A program made the position numbers and the translations under genes. From the IMG/VR virus record IMGVR_UViG_3300027762_000009, positions 474 to 64,473 of that record: a stretch of DNA of 64,000 nt; one strand, given 5' to 3'. Position 1 is the first letter of the stretch; each line of letters starts with the position of its first letter. Of the stretch, positions 49,051 to 60,600 are shown one piece after another. The notes beneath the pieces were generated by a model, which was not told the origin of the DNA, made no database searches, and was given only the letters and a program-made list of their open reading frames with translations. This DNA comes from a virus (lineage: Duplodnaviria; Caudoviricetes).

Positions 49051-49512
49051 ATGGCACATTTAAAGGATATAAGACCAGAACCAGTTAAAATTGAATTAGG
49101 CGGAAAAGAAAGGATCATTAAGTATGACCTTAACGCCTTTGCTGAATTAGAAAAAAGATTTGGCTCAGTTGAAATAGCTATGACTGATCTGCAAAAGGGT
49201 AGCTTAGCCAGTATTAAAATGATTTTATGGGTAGGTTTAATACATGAAGAAGCTACTATAGATGAATTCACAGGAGATGTAATTAGTTATGGCATCACTC
49301 CGTACCAGGTGGGTGGTTGGATTACCCCTTCTATGTTACCTATGGTGTCAGAAAAATTAGGTGAAGCTATTACAGATGGTTCTCCAGAAGTAAAAACGGT
49401 AATGGGTGTAGAAAATAATGATAGTCCAGATATTGATACATCAAAAATGGCTAAAGTAGTGTTAACAGAAGAAGAAAAGAAAAAGGAAGCTGAAGAATTA
49501 AAAAACGATTAG
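49051..49512 (+). CDS. Tail assembly chaperone (gpG)
   Basis: IELGGKER.IKYDLNAFAELE; lies between the tail tube and tape measure genes. Confidence 0.85.
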   Translation: MAHLKDIRPEPVKIELGGKERIIKYDLNAFAELEKRFGSVEIAMTDLQKGSLASIKMILWVGLIHEEATIDEFTGDVISYGITPYQVGGWITPSMLPMVSEKLGEAITDGSPEVKTVMGVENNDSPDIDTSKMAKVVLTEEEKKKEAEELKND

Positions 49513-49736
49513 ACCACGTTGTTAATGAGGCAATGCCTCATGATGATGCGTGGGATTGGGTTTTATTATATTATACAGGCACTATTATTTTAAAAATGCC
49601 TATGATACAATTTTGGAAATGCACACCAAGAAAATTACAGAAGTTAGTTGATATGTATATATACATTAACTCAAGTAATAATAAAGATAAAAGTAAGCAA
49701 AGTAAGCCAGGATATATTGACCAAGTTTGGAAATAG
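49500..49736 (+). CDS. -1 frameshift extension of the tail chaperone (gpGT)
   Basis: Slippery A AAA AAC at 49500-49506; the -1 frame is open into MPHDDAW..FWKCTPRKL; hairpin ATGAGGC-AAT-GCCTCAT downstream. Confidence 0.85.
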   Translation, partial: KKRLDHVVNEAMPHDDAWDWVLLYYTGTIILKMPMIQFWKCTPRKLQKLVDMYIYINSSNNKDKSKQSKPGYIDQVWK

Positions 49737-49749
49737 GGGGTGAGGAAAC

Positions 49750-52700
49750 ATGTCATTAAATGTGGGTAGTTTATGGGGTAATCTAACATTAAATGTTACT
49801 GGTTTCGTTACAGGACTAACACAGGCAGTTTCCGCCGCCAATACAGCCAGTTCACAAATAACACAAGCCGGCAATAGAATGCAGGGGGCCTTCAAAGGAG
49901 GCTCTCTTACTGGTTTAAACCAAATGTCGACTCAGATGAACCAGGCTGCTCGGGCGGCAAGAACAGCTACAAAACAAGTAAGTAACAGTACTAAAGAAAT
50001 GGGAGACAATTTTAATACAGCACAAAACAAGATACGAGAGAGTTCCCAGAATACACAAAAGGCAGTAGGTGGTCTTACAGGGGCTTTTGGTAAGTTAGGC
50101 AGAGAAACGGGTAATATAGTTAGAGGTATATTGATTGCACAAACCTTCTACGAAATAACAAATCGTATACAGCAAACAATAAGGGACGTAATAACATTTC
50201 AAACCCAAATAGAACAAGCTGAAATATCGTTAAAAGCTTTTTTGGGTAGTCAAGCGGCGTCACAAGCTTTTATAGCTAATGTAAAAGATTTTGCCGCTTA
50301 CACACCTTTCACATTTCAATCAGCTTTAAGTCAATATCGTAAACTAGCCGCTGTTGGATTTGATCCACGTGAAGTTAATTCTATAATGGAAATAGTAACT
50401 GATGCTGGTATAGCTTATGGGTTACAAGCAGATGAAATAGATAGAGTTATTATTGCTTTAGGGCAAATGCGTAATTCTAGTAAAATATCAGCCCAAGAAA
50501 TAAGACAGTTAATAAATGCGAATATTCCTGCAGCTCGAATTTTAAGTGAACAATTGGGTTTAACAGCAGATCAAATACAAAATATAGGTGAGTTAGCTAT
50601 TCCAGGTGAAAAGGGTGTAGCAGCTCTTATAAAAGGATTTGCCAGATTTAAGGGGCTTTCTAAAGAAATGGCTAATACCTTACCAGGTATCTTGTCTACG
50701 ATATCAGATTCCTTTAAATTTATAGGAGAACAGATATTTAATGCCCCTTATGAGGGATTGAAAAACTTTTTACAACGTATCAGAGATACTATGGAAAAAG
50801 TTCGAGCTGCTTTGGATAAAGGTGGTCTACGAGCGGCTTTCCAAGCTTTAATTCCGCCAGAATTACAAGGACCTATTTTACGTATTATGACAGCTTTTAA
50901 TATGTTGGGTAAAGCTATAGGAAATATAATTAAAGCCATAGGACCTACAGTTATAACATTCTTTACTGGGCTAATTCAAATATTAGGAACAGTATTACCT
51001 CCTATTACTTCCTTGATCTTCTGGTTAAGTGAATTATTCAGAATTATTATGTTAACCGTACCGGGAATACAATACTTAGTAACAGCTATTTTAACTTTAT
51101 TATTTGTAGAGAAGGTATCGGCGTTGCTTGCTACATTTTGGGGTGTAATGAGAGGGGCATCGTTGGCGCTGTATGCTGCCAAAGCGGTTAACACCTTAAA
51201 AAATGCTATCTTAACTTTAACGGCAGCGACCAAGAAAAACCCTATAGGAGCTCTTGTCACTATGATGCTAGCTTTAGCATTGACCTCTAATGCAGCACAA
51301 AGTGCCATTGGTGGAGTAATGGATAGATTAGGCAAACTTATGGGTTTTAAGGGTGTAGATATATTACCTGATGGCGGAATCGATGAACAAACAAAAAAAT
51401 TACAGGAAGAATTACAGAAACCTTTTGCCGGATTAAATGAAAATTTAAAAGATATCGGAAAAGGCTTCGGTGATGCGGCTGATAAAGGTAAAAAAGCGGG
51501 CAAAAAAATCAAAGATACCTTCTTAGCCTCTTTTGACGAAGTTTTTCAAGTGCCGGATAATTTAGATAAAGCTGGTGATAGTGCCGAAGATATGGCAGAT
51601 AAACTTAAGGGTATTTCAGATATTTCTATACCAGATGTAAAGTTTAAGCCAGGTGAACTCATAGATACTACAGGAGACATAGATAATTTTAATCCTTTCG
51701 AAGACATGTTCCCATTTGGGGCTGAAAATAAAGAAGGGTTTAAATTTCCGCCAATCGATTTCGGTACTGCAGTAGCAACAGTTACAGATGCCTTTGCGTT
51801 AATTGCCGATAGTATTCTTAAGAGTCTGGACAGAGTGTCTAAAGAATTACAAAGGCAGGTAAAAGATTGGTTAGATAAACTTAGGGATTTGGGCCAACCA
51901 TGGAGTATACCAGTAGGCATTCCGTTAGGACAGGTAGTTACAGATTGGTTAAGGGATACTTGGGAGCGCTTAAAAGATTTAGCGCGAGACTGGACAATAA
52001 CTATTAGAGTAAGTATTCCAGATTTTGCACCCGCTTTCCAAACAGTTAGTGATTTTTTTGCAATAACTATGCCCGAAACGTTTATGAATTTTGTTTATTG
52101 GTTACAAGAGAATTGGCAACCCGTTCTGCTCGGTACTTTAGCAGCAACAGCAGCGGTAGTTATAGCAATATTTGGAGGACAAATAGTAGGGGCTATTGGA
52201 GCGGCTGTTGGTGTTGTAGCAGAATTCTTAGCAGGTTTAGGATTATCTGGAACTGCTGTAGCCGCGGCTGCCGGAAGTATTCAAGCGGGTTTGGCAGTAG
52301 CATTAGGTGCTATAGGTGTATTTAGTTTAGGTGCTTGGGGGATCTTCCAACAATTTGGATTAGATGTAGGCAGGGTGTTTGGTGACTTAGGAACTAATAT
52401 TTTAACTTGGAGTACTAGTACCTGGAGCACTATTACTACATGGGCAACCAACACCACCACCAGTATTGGAACCTGGGCAACTAATACCGGAAATATTATA
52501 AATAATTGGGTTACTAGTGGATGGAATTCTGTTACGGCTTTCACAACCAATACAGCAAATAACATAACTAGCTGGATCGGTACTACATCTAGTAATTTTA
52601 ATACCTGGGCAGTTAATACAGGAACAACTGTTAGAAATTGGGCCATGGGTGTATCCAAAGGGATATATCAATGGGCAGTGAATACTAGTACCAATATAGG

Positions 52701-53496
52701 TAATTGGATAACCACAACAACTAATAATTTTGGTACTTGGAGTAAAAATACAGCGGGTACTTTTAGTAACTGGTTAAACGGAGTAGCAGGGGGAGTTAAA
52801 AACTGGGTAAATAGTACAAGTAGTATGTTTGCCCAATGGTGTAATAATGCAACACAAAATATTAGTGCCTGGGCTAGATCTTCTTGGTCCTCATTTGGCA
52901 ATTGGATTAGTGGTACTTCTAGTGGTATTTATAGATGGGCTAAAAGCACATTAAGTACTATAGGGGATTGGGCACGGAGTGCCTGGGGAGCCATTTCTAA
53001 TTTAGCCAAAGCAGCTGGAGAAGCTTTGGGAGGTACATTTAACGGAATTAATAGATCTATTACAAATGCTAGTTCCAGTATTGGTAGTTGGTATGATAGT
53101 AATAAATCATGGGCCGTACCAGTTGCGGCGGGTGTAGCAGCACTGGGTGTTGCAGCGGCAATATATTTTTCAGGAGGTGTAGCAGCTCCAGCACTAGCTC
53201 CCTTATTAGCCCTAGAAAGAGGCGGAATAGTTGATCGAGAACAATTAGCTCTCGTAGGTGAAGGAAATAAACGAGAGGTTATGATCCCTCTACAAAATCC
53301 GACCTATATGAGACCATATGCCCAAGCTGTCGCGGAAGAACTAAAAGCGTTGCAAGGAAACACCACCACTGGTACGCAGCAACCTGTATATTTACAGATA
53401 GGAACATTAATAGGTGATGAGCGTAGTATAACCGAACTTGAAAGAAGATTAAATGCGGTAAGACTTAAAGAAAATTTAAGGAGGGGGTTGGTATAG
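49750..53496 (+). CDS. Tape measure protein
   Basis: 1248 aa; FAAYTPF..ALGQM domain; 11-residue Trp periodicity; LERGGIV..VGEG..EV. Confidence 0.93.
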   Translation: MSLNVGSLWGNLTLNVTGFVTGLTQAVSAANTASSQITQAGNRMQGAFKGGSLTGLNQMSTQMNQAARAARTATKQVSNSTKEMGDNFNTAQNKIRESSQNTQKAVGGLTGAFGKLGRETGNIVRGILIAQTFYEITNRIQQTIRDVITFQTQIEQAEISLKAFLGSQAASQAFIANVKDFAAYTPFTFQSALSQYRKLAAVGFDPREVNSIMEIVTDAGIAYGLQADEIDRVIIALGQMRNSSKISAQEIRQLINANIPAARILSEQLGLTADQIQNIGELAIPGEKGVAALIKGFARFKGLSKEMANTLPGILSTISDSFKFIGEQIFNAPYEGLKNFLQRIRDTMEKVRAALDKGGLRAAFQALIPPELQGPILRIMTAFNMLGKAIGNIIKAIGPTVITFFTGLIQILGTVLPPITSLIFWLSELFRIIMLTVPGIQYLVTAILTLLFVEKVSALLATFWGVMRGASLALYAAKAVNTLKNAILTLTAATKKNPIGALVTMMLALALTSNAAQSAIGGVMDRLGKLMGFKGVDILPDGGIDEQTKKLQEELQKPFAGLNENLKDIGKGFGDAADKGKKAGKKIKDTFLASFDEVFQVPDNLDKAGDSAEDMADKLKGISDISIPDVKFKPGELIDTTGDIDNFNPFEDMFPFGAENKEGFKFPPIDFGTAVATVTDAFALIADSILKSLDRVSKELQRQVKDWLDKLRDLGQPWSIPVGIPLGQVVTDWLRDTWERLKDLARDWTITIRVSIPDFAPAFQTVSDFFAITMPETFMNFVYWLQENWQPVLLGTLAATAAVVIAIFGGQIVGAIGAAVGVVAEFLAGLGLSGTAVAAAAGSIQAGLAVALGAIGVFSLGAWGIFQQFGLDVGRVFGDLGTNILTWSTSTWSTITTWATNTTTSIGTWATNTGNIINNWVTSGWNSVTAFTTNTANNITSWIGTTSSNFNTWAVNTGTTVRNWAMGVSKGIYQWAVNTSTNIGNWITTTTNNFGTWSKNTAGTFSNWLNGVAGGVKNWVNSTSSMFAQWCNNATQNISAWARSSWSSFGNWISGTSSGIYRWAKSTLSTIGDWARSAWGAISNLAKAAGEALGGTFNGINRSITNASSSIGSWYDSNKSWAVPVAAGVAALGVAAAIYFSGGVAAPALAPLLALERGGIVDREQLALVGEGNKREVMIPLQNPTYMRPYAQAVAEELKALQGNTTTGTQQPVYLQIGTLIGDERSITELERRLNAVRLKENLRRGLV

Positions 53497-53865
53497 TTGG
53501 CTTCAAATTATCCGATAACAATTAATGGGGTTGTTATCAAAACCCCTTCAACATTTAAAATTAGTCATTATAATCTGACAAAAAGTGGTCGTGTTGCGTC
53601 AGGTAAAATGACTATGGAATTAGTAGCCAAAAAGAAGAAACTTTTCTTAACTTATTCTGCCTTATCTGGGGCAGACCTAAAAAATATATTAGATTTAATC
53701 GATGGTACTGAAATGTTTTTTACTGTAGGTTTTTATGATGTAACTAATCAATACAGAACAATTACAGCTTATGTAGGGGAAATACCAATGCCACTACATA
53801 GAAGAACTTCAATAGAGGATAATACAGTATGGAAGGATATAGATTTTAATTTAATTGAACAATAG
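53497..53865 (+). CDS. Distal tail (Dit-like) protein
   Basis: INGV..KTPS..SGRVASGKM..DFNLIEQ; follows the TMP. Confidence 0.75.
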   Translation: MASNYPITINGVVIKTPSTFKISHYNLTKSGRVASGKMTMELVAKKKKLFLTYSALSGADLKNILDLIDGTEMFFTVGFYDVTNQYRTITAYVGEIPMPLHRRTSIEDNTVWKDIDFNLIEQ

Positions 53866-53875
53866 GAGGTGACCT

Positions 53876-56800
53876 ATGTTAGATACCAGTTCAGCTTATA
53901 GAGAAGCCATTAAAGGAAAAGTACGTAAGACAATGGGATTTGCATATCTTAACTTCTTGACTGAAATTGATGTACCTTTAGCTACCGTGACGGCTTCTGG
54001 TACTAATAAAGAGCAACTCGTAGATGGGCGTTATAAAGAAACAGCATTGTATTTAGATTCTTTAGAAGCCTTTCCCGAAGTTTGGAAAACTCCTTCTATT
54101 GGCTGGGTAGGAGATACTACTTCAGATGGAGCAGGAGTATTAAATACAGCAGAGATAATTACGTTAGATTATGGTCAATTGGTAAGAACATCTAATATTT
54201 GGCTAGTCGGTAAAGAAACTAATTTTCCAACAGATTTTGTAATAGAAATTTATGTTGATGAAGCTTGGATTACCTTAACTACTAATACAAATAACACTGA
54301 TTATTTATATGTATACAAATCCTCATATATTATGACTTTTGATAAGGTGCGTATTACTATTAATAAGATTTCAACTCCCGGAGCACACCCATCTTTATAT
54401 GAAGCAGGAGCTATACTAGGAATTATGTTGGATGAAGAAGATTTAGAAAGCATTGATATTTTAGAAGAAATCTCTGCTGAAGATGCTAACCCATTTGGAT
54501 TAGTATCGGCTAATGCATGTAATATTAGTGTAAAGAATAGAAACGCTCTATTCACACCAATTAATAAAGATGGTATATTTTTTAATTTATTCAAACCACG
54601 CATGCGTTTTAAACCTTATCTAGGTGTTTATCGTAAAATAACCGGATATAATTTATCTCTAGATGACGGTGATTTTACTATGGAATGTTGGGTTAAAACA
54701 ACACAAGTAGTGACCTCAAAGAGATTAGGTATTATGGGGCAATTCCATAGTACTTCTTTACGTGCATGGGCTCTTTGTATTGGTAGTACTTTACCTGCCC
54801 ATGATGGTATGTTAGGTTTTGTTGTGTGGAATCCCTATATTAGTAAATATGTTTCTTGGTATAATGAAGACACTGTAATTAATGATGGGGTTTGGCATCA
54901 TATTGCAGTATGCAGAAGTGGTACTAGTATTAAATTGTTTATTGATGGGATTGATAAAACAATAGTTAAATATCATGATGCTGTGGCACAAGCAGATATA
55001 ATCTTCTTAAAATCTTTATATGTAGGTACTACTACTGAATTATATATAGGAAAACATGGGAATTATTCAACTAGTTCTTTTGCTAAATTTGAAGGTCTTA
55101 TTGATGAGATACGTATTACAAGAGGAGTACCTTTATATAGAATTAATTTTACTCCATCTACTGAAGCTTTAATACCTGATGTTAATACCATAGTATTATT
55201 ACATTTTGAGAATTGGTTTGATAACAGCTCCTATAAAAGTAATAATATGGCACAAAGATATAATAGTTTGGAGGGTTTACCCGCTATACCATATAATATA
55301 ACAACTTCTTCTATGTATAAAAAATATGGTACATATAGTGGAGACTATACTAGTGGCTTGAATAGAAGTCTAGGATATCCCTTTACAGATGAACTTAAAT
55401 TAGGTGCCGATGATTTTACTTTTGAATGCTGGCATTATAGCACATACACATCAGTTGGAACAAGTTTTTTTCTTTGCTATACTGCTGATAATTCTACTAA
55501 TAGAAATTTATCATTAGGTTATCAATATGGAGGGTTTACAAATATAAATGGAGTTAACACAAATTACTATAGATTAAATGTTACAGTAAATAATCCAGCA
55601 TATAACCACTTTGTATTTAGTCAAGCAGGCGATCCTAGGTTTTATCCTGATCAATGGTATCATTTCGCTTTTGTACGTGAAGGAAATAGAGTATACGGTT
55701 ATATTAATGGTATTAAATCCGTTTCCTATGCCGATCTTACAGGATTTGATTTACCAGTAACTAATTATCCTGTATACTTAGGCGCGGCTACTGCAGGGGG
55801 AGCCAATTGTCTAAAAGGTTATTTAGATAGTGTACAATTAAGTAAAGGTATTGCAAGATATCTAAATTCTTTTTCACCTCCTACTATTGAACCTATACAA
55901 GATAATTATTCAGTTTTAACAGTTACTTTCGAAAATCATGGGTTACATGATCATATAATACCTATTAATTTTAATACTCTATATTCTAGTGATTCTAAGT
56001 TTGGAATACAATCCTTGCAATCTACCAGTACAGGTTACGGAATAATAAACCTAACTGCGGAACGTTATCTAGATCCTGATTTAGATTTAATTGAACTTTA
56101 TGAAATGTTACCACAAGGAGATTATTGGACAGAAGATTGGAAAGTACCTTCTACGGGACTAGTTTTTAATATTACAGGATACGACCGTTTAGTTACTTTA
56201 GGAGAAACATTATTACCTATGTTAAGAATACCTTTAAATACTACGTTAGACAACTTAATAGTTAAAGTATTCAATAAATTAGCTATTCCGAGTAATACTT
56301 ATGAGACAGATATAATAACACCTCTTAGTATAGATTATGGTTATTTACCCCAAGGGACATTGAAAAATTTCTTAAAATATATTACACAAACTGGTAATTG
56401 TTCAGTATATATGTCTAAAAAGAATATACTTAAAATTAAAGATGATAAAACTGCTGTAACAGGTGTACTTTGGACTGATGATGATATGATTATTGATATG
56501 GATAATCCTTTTACCTTTAATAAAATATATTCTAAAATACAAGCCAAGTTGTACAATACATCGGTAAGTAGTATAACAGAAGTATTGTCTGCAAATAAAA
56601 TGAATATTACTGCGGGGTTAAATGCAGTAGAAAATCTTGCTTTTACTAAAGCTCCTGTTTATTTCGTAAGTAGTATAAGTATATTGGATTCAAAAGATGT
56701 GCAGATTATGGGTATGTCCTATGGAATGAACAATATATCAATATCTTTATACAATAGTGGAGCAGCAACCACTATCGACATCGTGGTCAAAGGAGTGCTT

Positions 56801-57625
56801 ATTGATTTTATTGATCAGGACGTGGAGATAGCGAATGTTAATACAGATTTTGATAAAGTACTGAAGGTAGATAACAAATTATTTCAAAATAGTGTAGAAA
56901 TGACATCCCAATTACAAAATATTTTAGCCATATTGCAGCGTCCTAATAGAGAAGCATTTGGATCCTTCCGTGGAGATCCTAGTTTAGAATTAATGGATAA
57001 GGTAGGTTTGGATGATGCTACAGATAAAATTAAAACATTAGGCCACATCATAAGAAATCAATTAATTTGGGATGGTACTTTAACAGCACAAATGGCCTTT
57101 TTAGGACAACCTTATTATCTGGTATATATGTCTTTTGATAAAGACATAATAGATGATATGGGTAATCCAACTACTTATTCTGGGGCCATTGCACAAACAA
57201 ATGCCTTTTATTATAGTGGTGGAGGTAGCGCGCATATTACAGACAATTGCCAAGTCTTCATAACTGGTGATTTTACTGTAGGTACAGGTAACTATTGTTT
57301 TGATATATGGTTTTATCCTGAAAGTACTTTAGGCCATCCACAGGCATTGTTTAAAATAGGTAACTTTTTCTGGCATATTACTACAGGTGGTTATATTTCC
57401 TATACAGGGGCAGATCTAAATGTATCCAGTACAACCCCTATGGTACTAAACAAATGGCAACATCTTGTTTGGGAAAAACAAGATGGTATACTAAGTGCTT
57501 ATGTTGATGATGTGTTGCACTGGACTCGATCTACAAATGATTACGTACAGGGTGATTGGATTAAATTAGGTGATGGAGGACATATTTTAGGTTACGTAGA
57601 TGAACTAAAATTTGAAATTTTATAG
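53876..57625 (+). CDS. Baseplate hub/Tal-like protein with inserted LamG domains
   Basis: DFTMECW..WHHIAV..G.IDEIRI repeats; RGDPSLELMD. Confidence 0.8.
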   Translation: MLDTSSAYREAIKGKVRKTMGFAYLNFLTEIDVPLATVTASGTNKEQLVDGRYKETALYLDSLEAFPEVWKTPSIGWVGDTTSDGAGVLNTAEIITLDYGQLVRTSNIWLVGKETNFPTDFVIEIYVDEAWITLTTNTNNTDYLYVYKSSYIMTFDKVRITINKISTPGAHPSLYEAGAILGIMLDEEDLESIDILEEISAEDANPFGLVSANACNISVKNRNALFTPINKDGIFFNLFKPRMRFKPYLGVYRKITGYNLSLDDGDFTMECWVKTTQVVTSKRLGIMGQFHSTSLRAWALCIGSTLPAHDGMLGFVVWNPYISKYVSWYNEDTVINDGVWHHIAVCRSGTSIKLFIDGIDKTIVKYHDAVAQADIIFLKSLYVGTTTELYIGKHGNYSTSSFAKFEGLIDEIRITRGVPLYRINFTPSTEALIPDVNTIVLLHFENWFDNSSYKSNNMAQRYNSLEGLPAIPYNITTSSMYKKYGTYSGDYTSGLNRSLGYPFTDELKLGADDFTFECWHYSTYTSVGTSFFLCYTADNSTNRNLSLGYQYGGFTNINGVNTNYYRLNVTVNNPAYNHFVFSQAGDPRFYPDQWYHFAFVREGNRVYGYINGIKSVSYADLTGFDLPVTNYPVYLGAATAGGANCLKGYLDSVQLSKGIARYLNSFSPPTIEPIQDNYSVLTVTFENHGLHDHIIPINFNTLYSSDSKFGIQSLQSTSTGYGIINLTAERYLDPDLDLIELYEMLPQGDYWTEDWKVPSTGLVFNITGYDRLVTLGETLLPMLRIPLNTTLDNLIVKVFNKLAIPSNTYETDIITPLSIDYGYLPQGTLKNFLKYITQTGNCSVYMSKKNILKIKDDKTAVTGVLWTDDDMIIDMDNPFTFNKIYSKIQAKLYNTSVSSITEVLSANKMNITAGLNAVENLAFTKAPVYFVSSISILDSKDVQIMGMSYGMNNISISLYNSGAATTIDIVVKGVLIDFIDQDVEIANVNTDFDKVLKVDNKLFQNSVEMTSQLQNILAILQRPNREAFGSFRGDPSLELMDKVGLDDATDKIKTLGHIIRNQLIWDGTLTAQMAFLGQPYYLVYMSFDKDIIDDMGNPTTYSGAIAQTNAFYYSGGGSAHITDNCQVFITGDFTVGTGNYCFDIWFYPESTLGHPQALFKIGNFFWHITTGGYISYTGADLNVSSTTPMVLNKWQHLVWEKQDGILSAYVDDVLHWTRSTNDYVQGDWIKLGDGGHILGYVDELKFEIL

Positions 57626-57636
57626 GAGGTGAAATT

Positions 57637-60600
57637 ATGCCTAACTACAGATATACAGATAATAAGGTGTTTAATGGGGACGCTTCCATGGAATTAGACT
57701 GGTGGAATGATATTGGTGATGTTGAGGTAGTTGATGGAGGAATAAGTGGGAGTAATGGGCGTTTATTTAGAATAGGGCCCAATTCCTCTATGTGGCAAAC
57801 CTTTGATGATCCTAATTTTACTCCATCTGATATTCGTGTAAGTGGTTATGTGTATTTAAATAATAATGAACAGGAACTTGTAGAAGCTTTGATTAAATAT
57901 ACTATCTACTACTTAGACGGTACTAAAGGAAGATATGCTGTACCTTTAAGAATCAATTTAGCAAACACAGTACAGGGTACAATTGAAGGTACTTCAGTAA
58001 CATTTTATTATTTTGAAGATACCTTAGCATGTGATGAAGATAAAAAGATAGATTACTTACGTATTGATATAGAAGTTGGTGATATGTCTAATGGAGATGA
58101 AATTGATGATCCGTATACAGTGTTATTATTACACATGAATGGAGCCCAAGACTCAACAGATTTTATTGATTCTAGTCTATCTGAACATATTTTTACACCA
58201 AATGGTGCTGTTAAGATAGATACTTCCTTTTATCGTTTTGGAGGTGCCAGCGGATCCTTTGGCACTAGTAAAAATATTTCAACTCCTGACAGTGATGCTT
58301 TTCATTTAGGAGCAGATGATTTTACTATCGAATGTTTTTTATTTCCTACATCACTGGGAGGCTATCAGGGAATAATGAGTCATAGAACATCAGCTTCTAG
58401 TAATCATGGATGGGCAGTTGGCTTATATAATAGCAAATTATTTTTTAGTTATACTACAGATGGAACAACTAACAAAGAATATACTTTTGATACAGTATTG
58501 TTAACCAACCAATGGTACCATTTGGCTTGGGTGCGTAGAGGCGATACCTTATATGGCTATGTAAACGGATTACAACAATTAACCACAGTAAATATAGGAA
58601 CAGACACAATTTTTAATTCTTCCGAAGATTTTTATGTAGGAAAATTTAATGGAGGAAATCAACCTATTACGGGATATTTAGATGAAATTCGCCTTTCCAA
58701 GGGAATAGCAAGATGGGGTGAAGATTTCATTCCTCCTGTGCGAGAATACAATACTAAGATAACAGACCCCATAACCAATACCAATTATATGTTTCTAGAC
58801 GACATAGCTGTCAATTTTAATTTAGGAACAACTAAGTCTTATGGTAAAAATAGTGAAGCATTAATTATAGATGAATATGGTTTAAATACCAACTATTTGA
58901 AGAACTTTAAAAATATGGTACACAATTCGCAATTTGAAGCATATGATGCAGATACCTTACAGCCATTTTATTGGACTTGTTCTGATGCTCTTGTTAAAAC
59001 AACAGCAAGCGCAGCTTTCTTTGCAACACGTAGTTTACAAATACCAGCTGGTCAGCACGCTATTTACGATGGCACAGGGGTTATAGACCCACACTGGTAC
59101 GATTCACAACTCACAAGAGTATCTTTCTATGCACGTTCTGGAACAGTTCGTGTAGAGTTGTGGGATTATTCAAATCCAGGTACTCCTGTTCGTTTTACTT
59201 TAACAGATGAGGCAGGTTATACAGGCTTGTATAAAGATTATACATTTGCTGATTGGCATGCAGGTACGGGTAATAGTGCTTCGAGAGCTACTGTTAGTTT
59301 TAATCCGGGTTCTTCTACAGATGTACGTATCAAATTTAGTAATGTAGGCGTAGCAATGTCTTATATAGATGGTGTAATACTTGAGCCAGATTTTACTAAA
59401 GCTTGGCCTTCTATGTATACTGATGGACCTTATAGTTTATCAGCTGCTGGTATAGGAATTTATGTTCAAGATGATGAACCTACTGGATATATCATTAAAA
59501 AAGGAACATTATGGCTTAAAACAAGTACTAAAAGGTGGTATTTCTGGGACGGCAGTGGCTGGCAAATAACAGCGGGTGGTGGGGGGGAGGGTGTTCCTGG
59601 ATTATATTCAGGTGAACCTTGCGTTGTTTCAGAAGTTGTAGATTATTCTGATATGGATACTAGTGTAATAACAACAAATGATTTGGTAGATACTGCAGTA
59701 GTTTCTGCAATATCTTTGAATAACTTAATAGTTTTACTATTACATTTTAACGGAAATAATTTTACACAATTCTTTACAGATAGTAGTACCTATCCTAAGA
59801 ACATACAGGGAATCTCTAATCCTTATACTATGGGTAATCTAAGCAAATATGGAGCGGGTAGTATTTACTTAGACGGGACGGGAGATTATATTACTACACC
59901 GGATCATGCTGATTTTGACTTTGGTGCAGGAGATTTTACGATAGAGACTTGGATCTATCCTTGGACCAATTTACTTAGTAGTAGGCATTTATATAATCAA
60001 TATGGGGCTTCTGGCACCTATTGTTGCTACTGGACTATAGATGAAACTTCTGGAGTATATACTATGCTCTTTCGATTATCTACAAGTGGCGCTAACGCAA
60101 CATCTTATTCTTGCACTATTCCAGTATTATTGCCTAACACTTGGTATCATTTAGCCGTAGTACGTAAAAGCAACTTCTTATATTTCTTTGTAGATGGTAA
60201 TTTATATGGCTACTCCAATATAGGGGCGGTTACACTATTTAATTCATCTCAAACAATTGTTATAGGGGCAAATACGGGAGGTACGGAAGCTTTTGGTGGG
60301 TGGCTAGATGATTATCGTGTAACTAAAGGCTTAGCCAGATATTTTCCTAATGCACCTTCTAGTACTGAAGATTTCGAAGATACAGATTATACTCCATGGA
60401 GCATTACAGGTGACTGGGATAGAACCACGGTAGATAAGTATGCAGGAACCTATTCTTTTGCCAGCACCAACCAGGGACAACATAATACCTCTAGTTCGGC
60501 CTATTTTGCCATAACACTAACTACAACTAAGTGGATATCATTATGGTATAAAGTAAGTTCAGAAACGGCAGACAAATTATATATCTATTTAGATGGTGTG

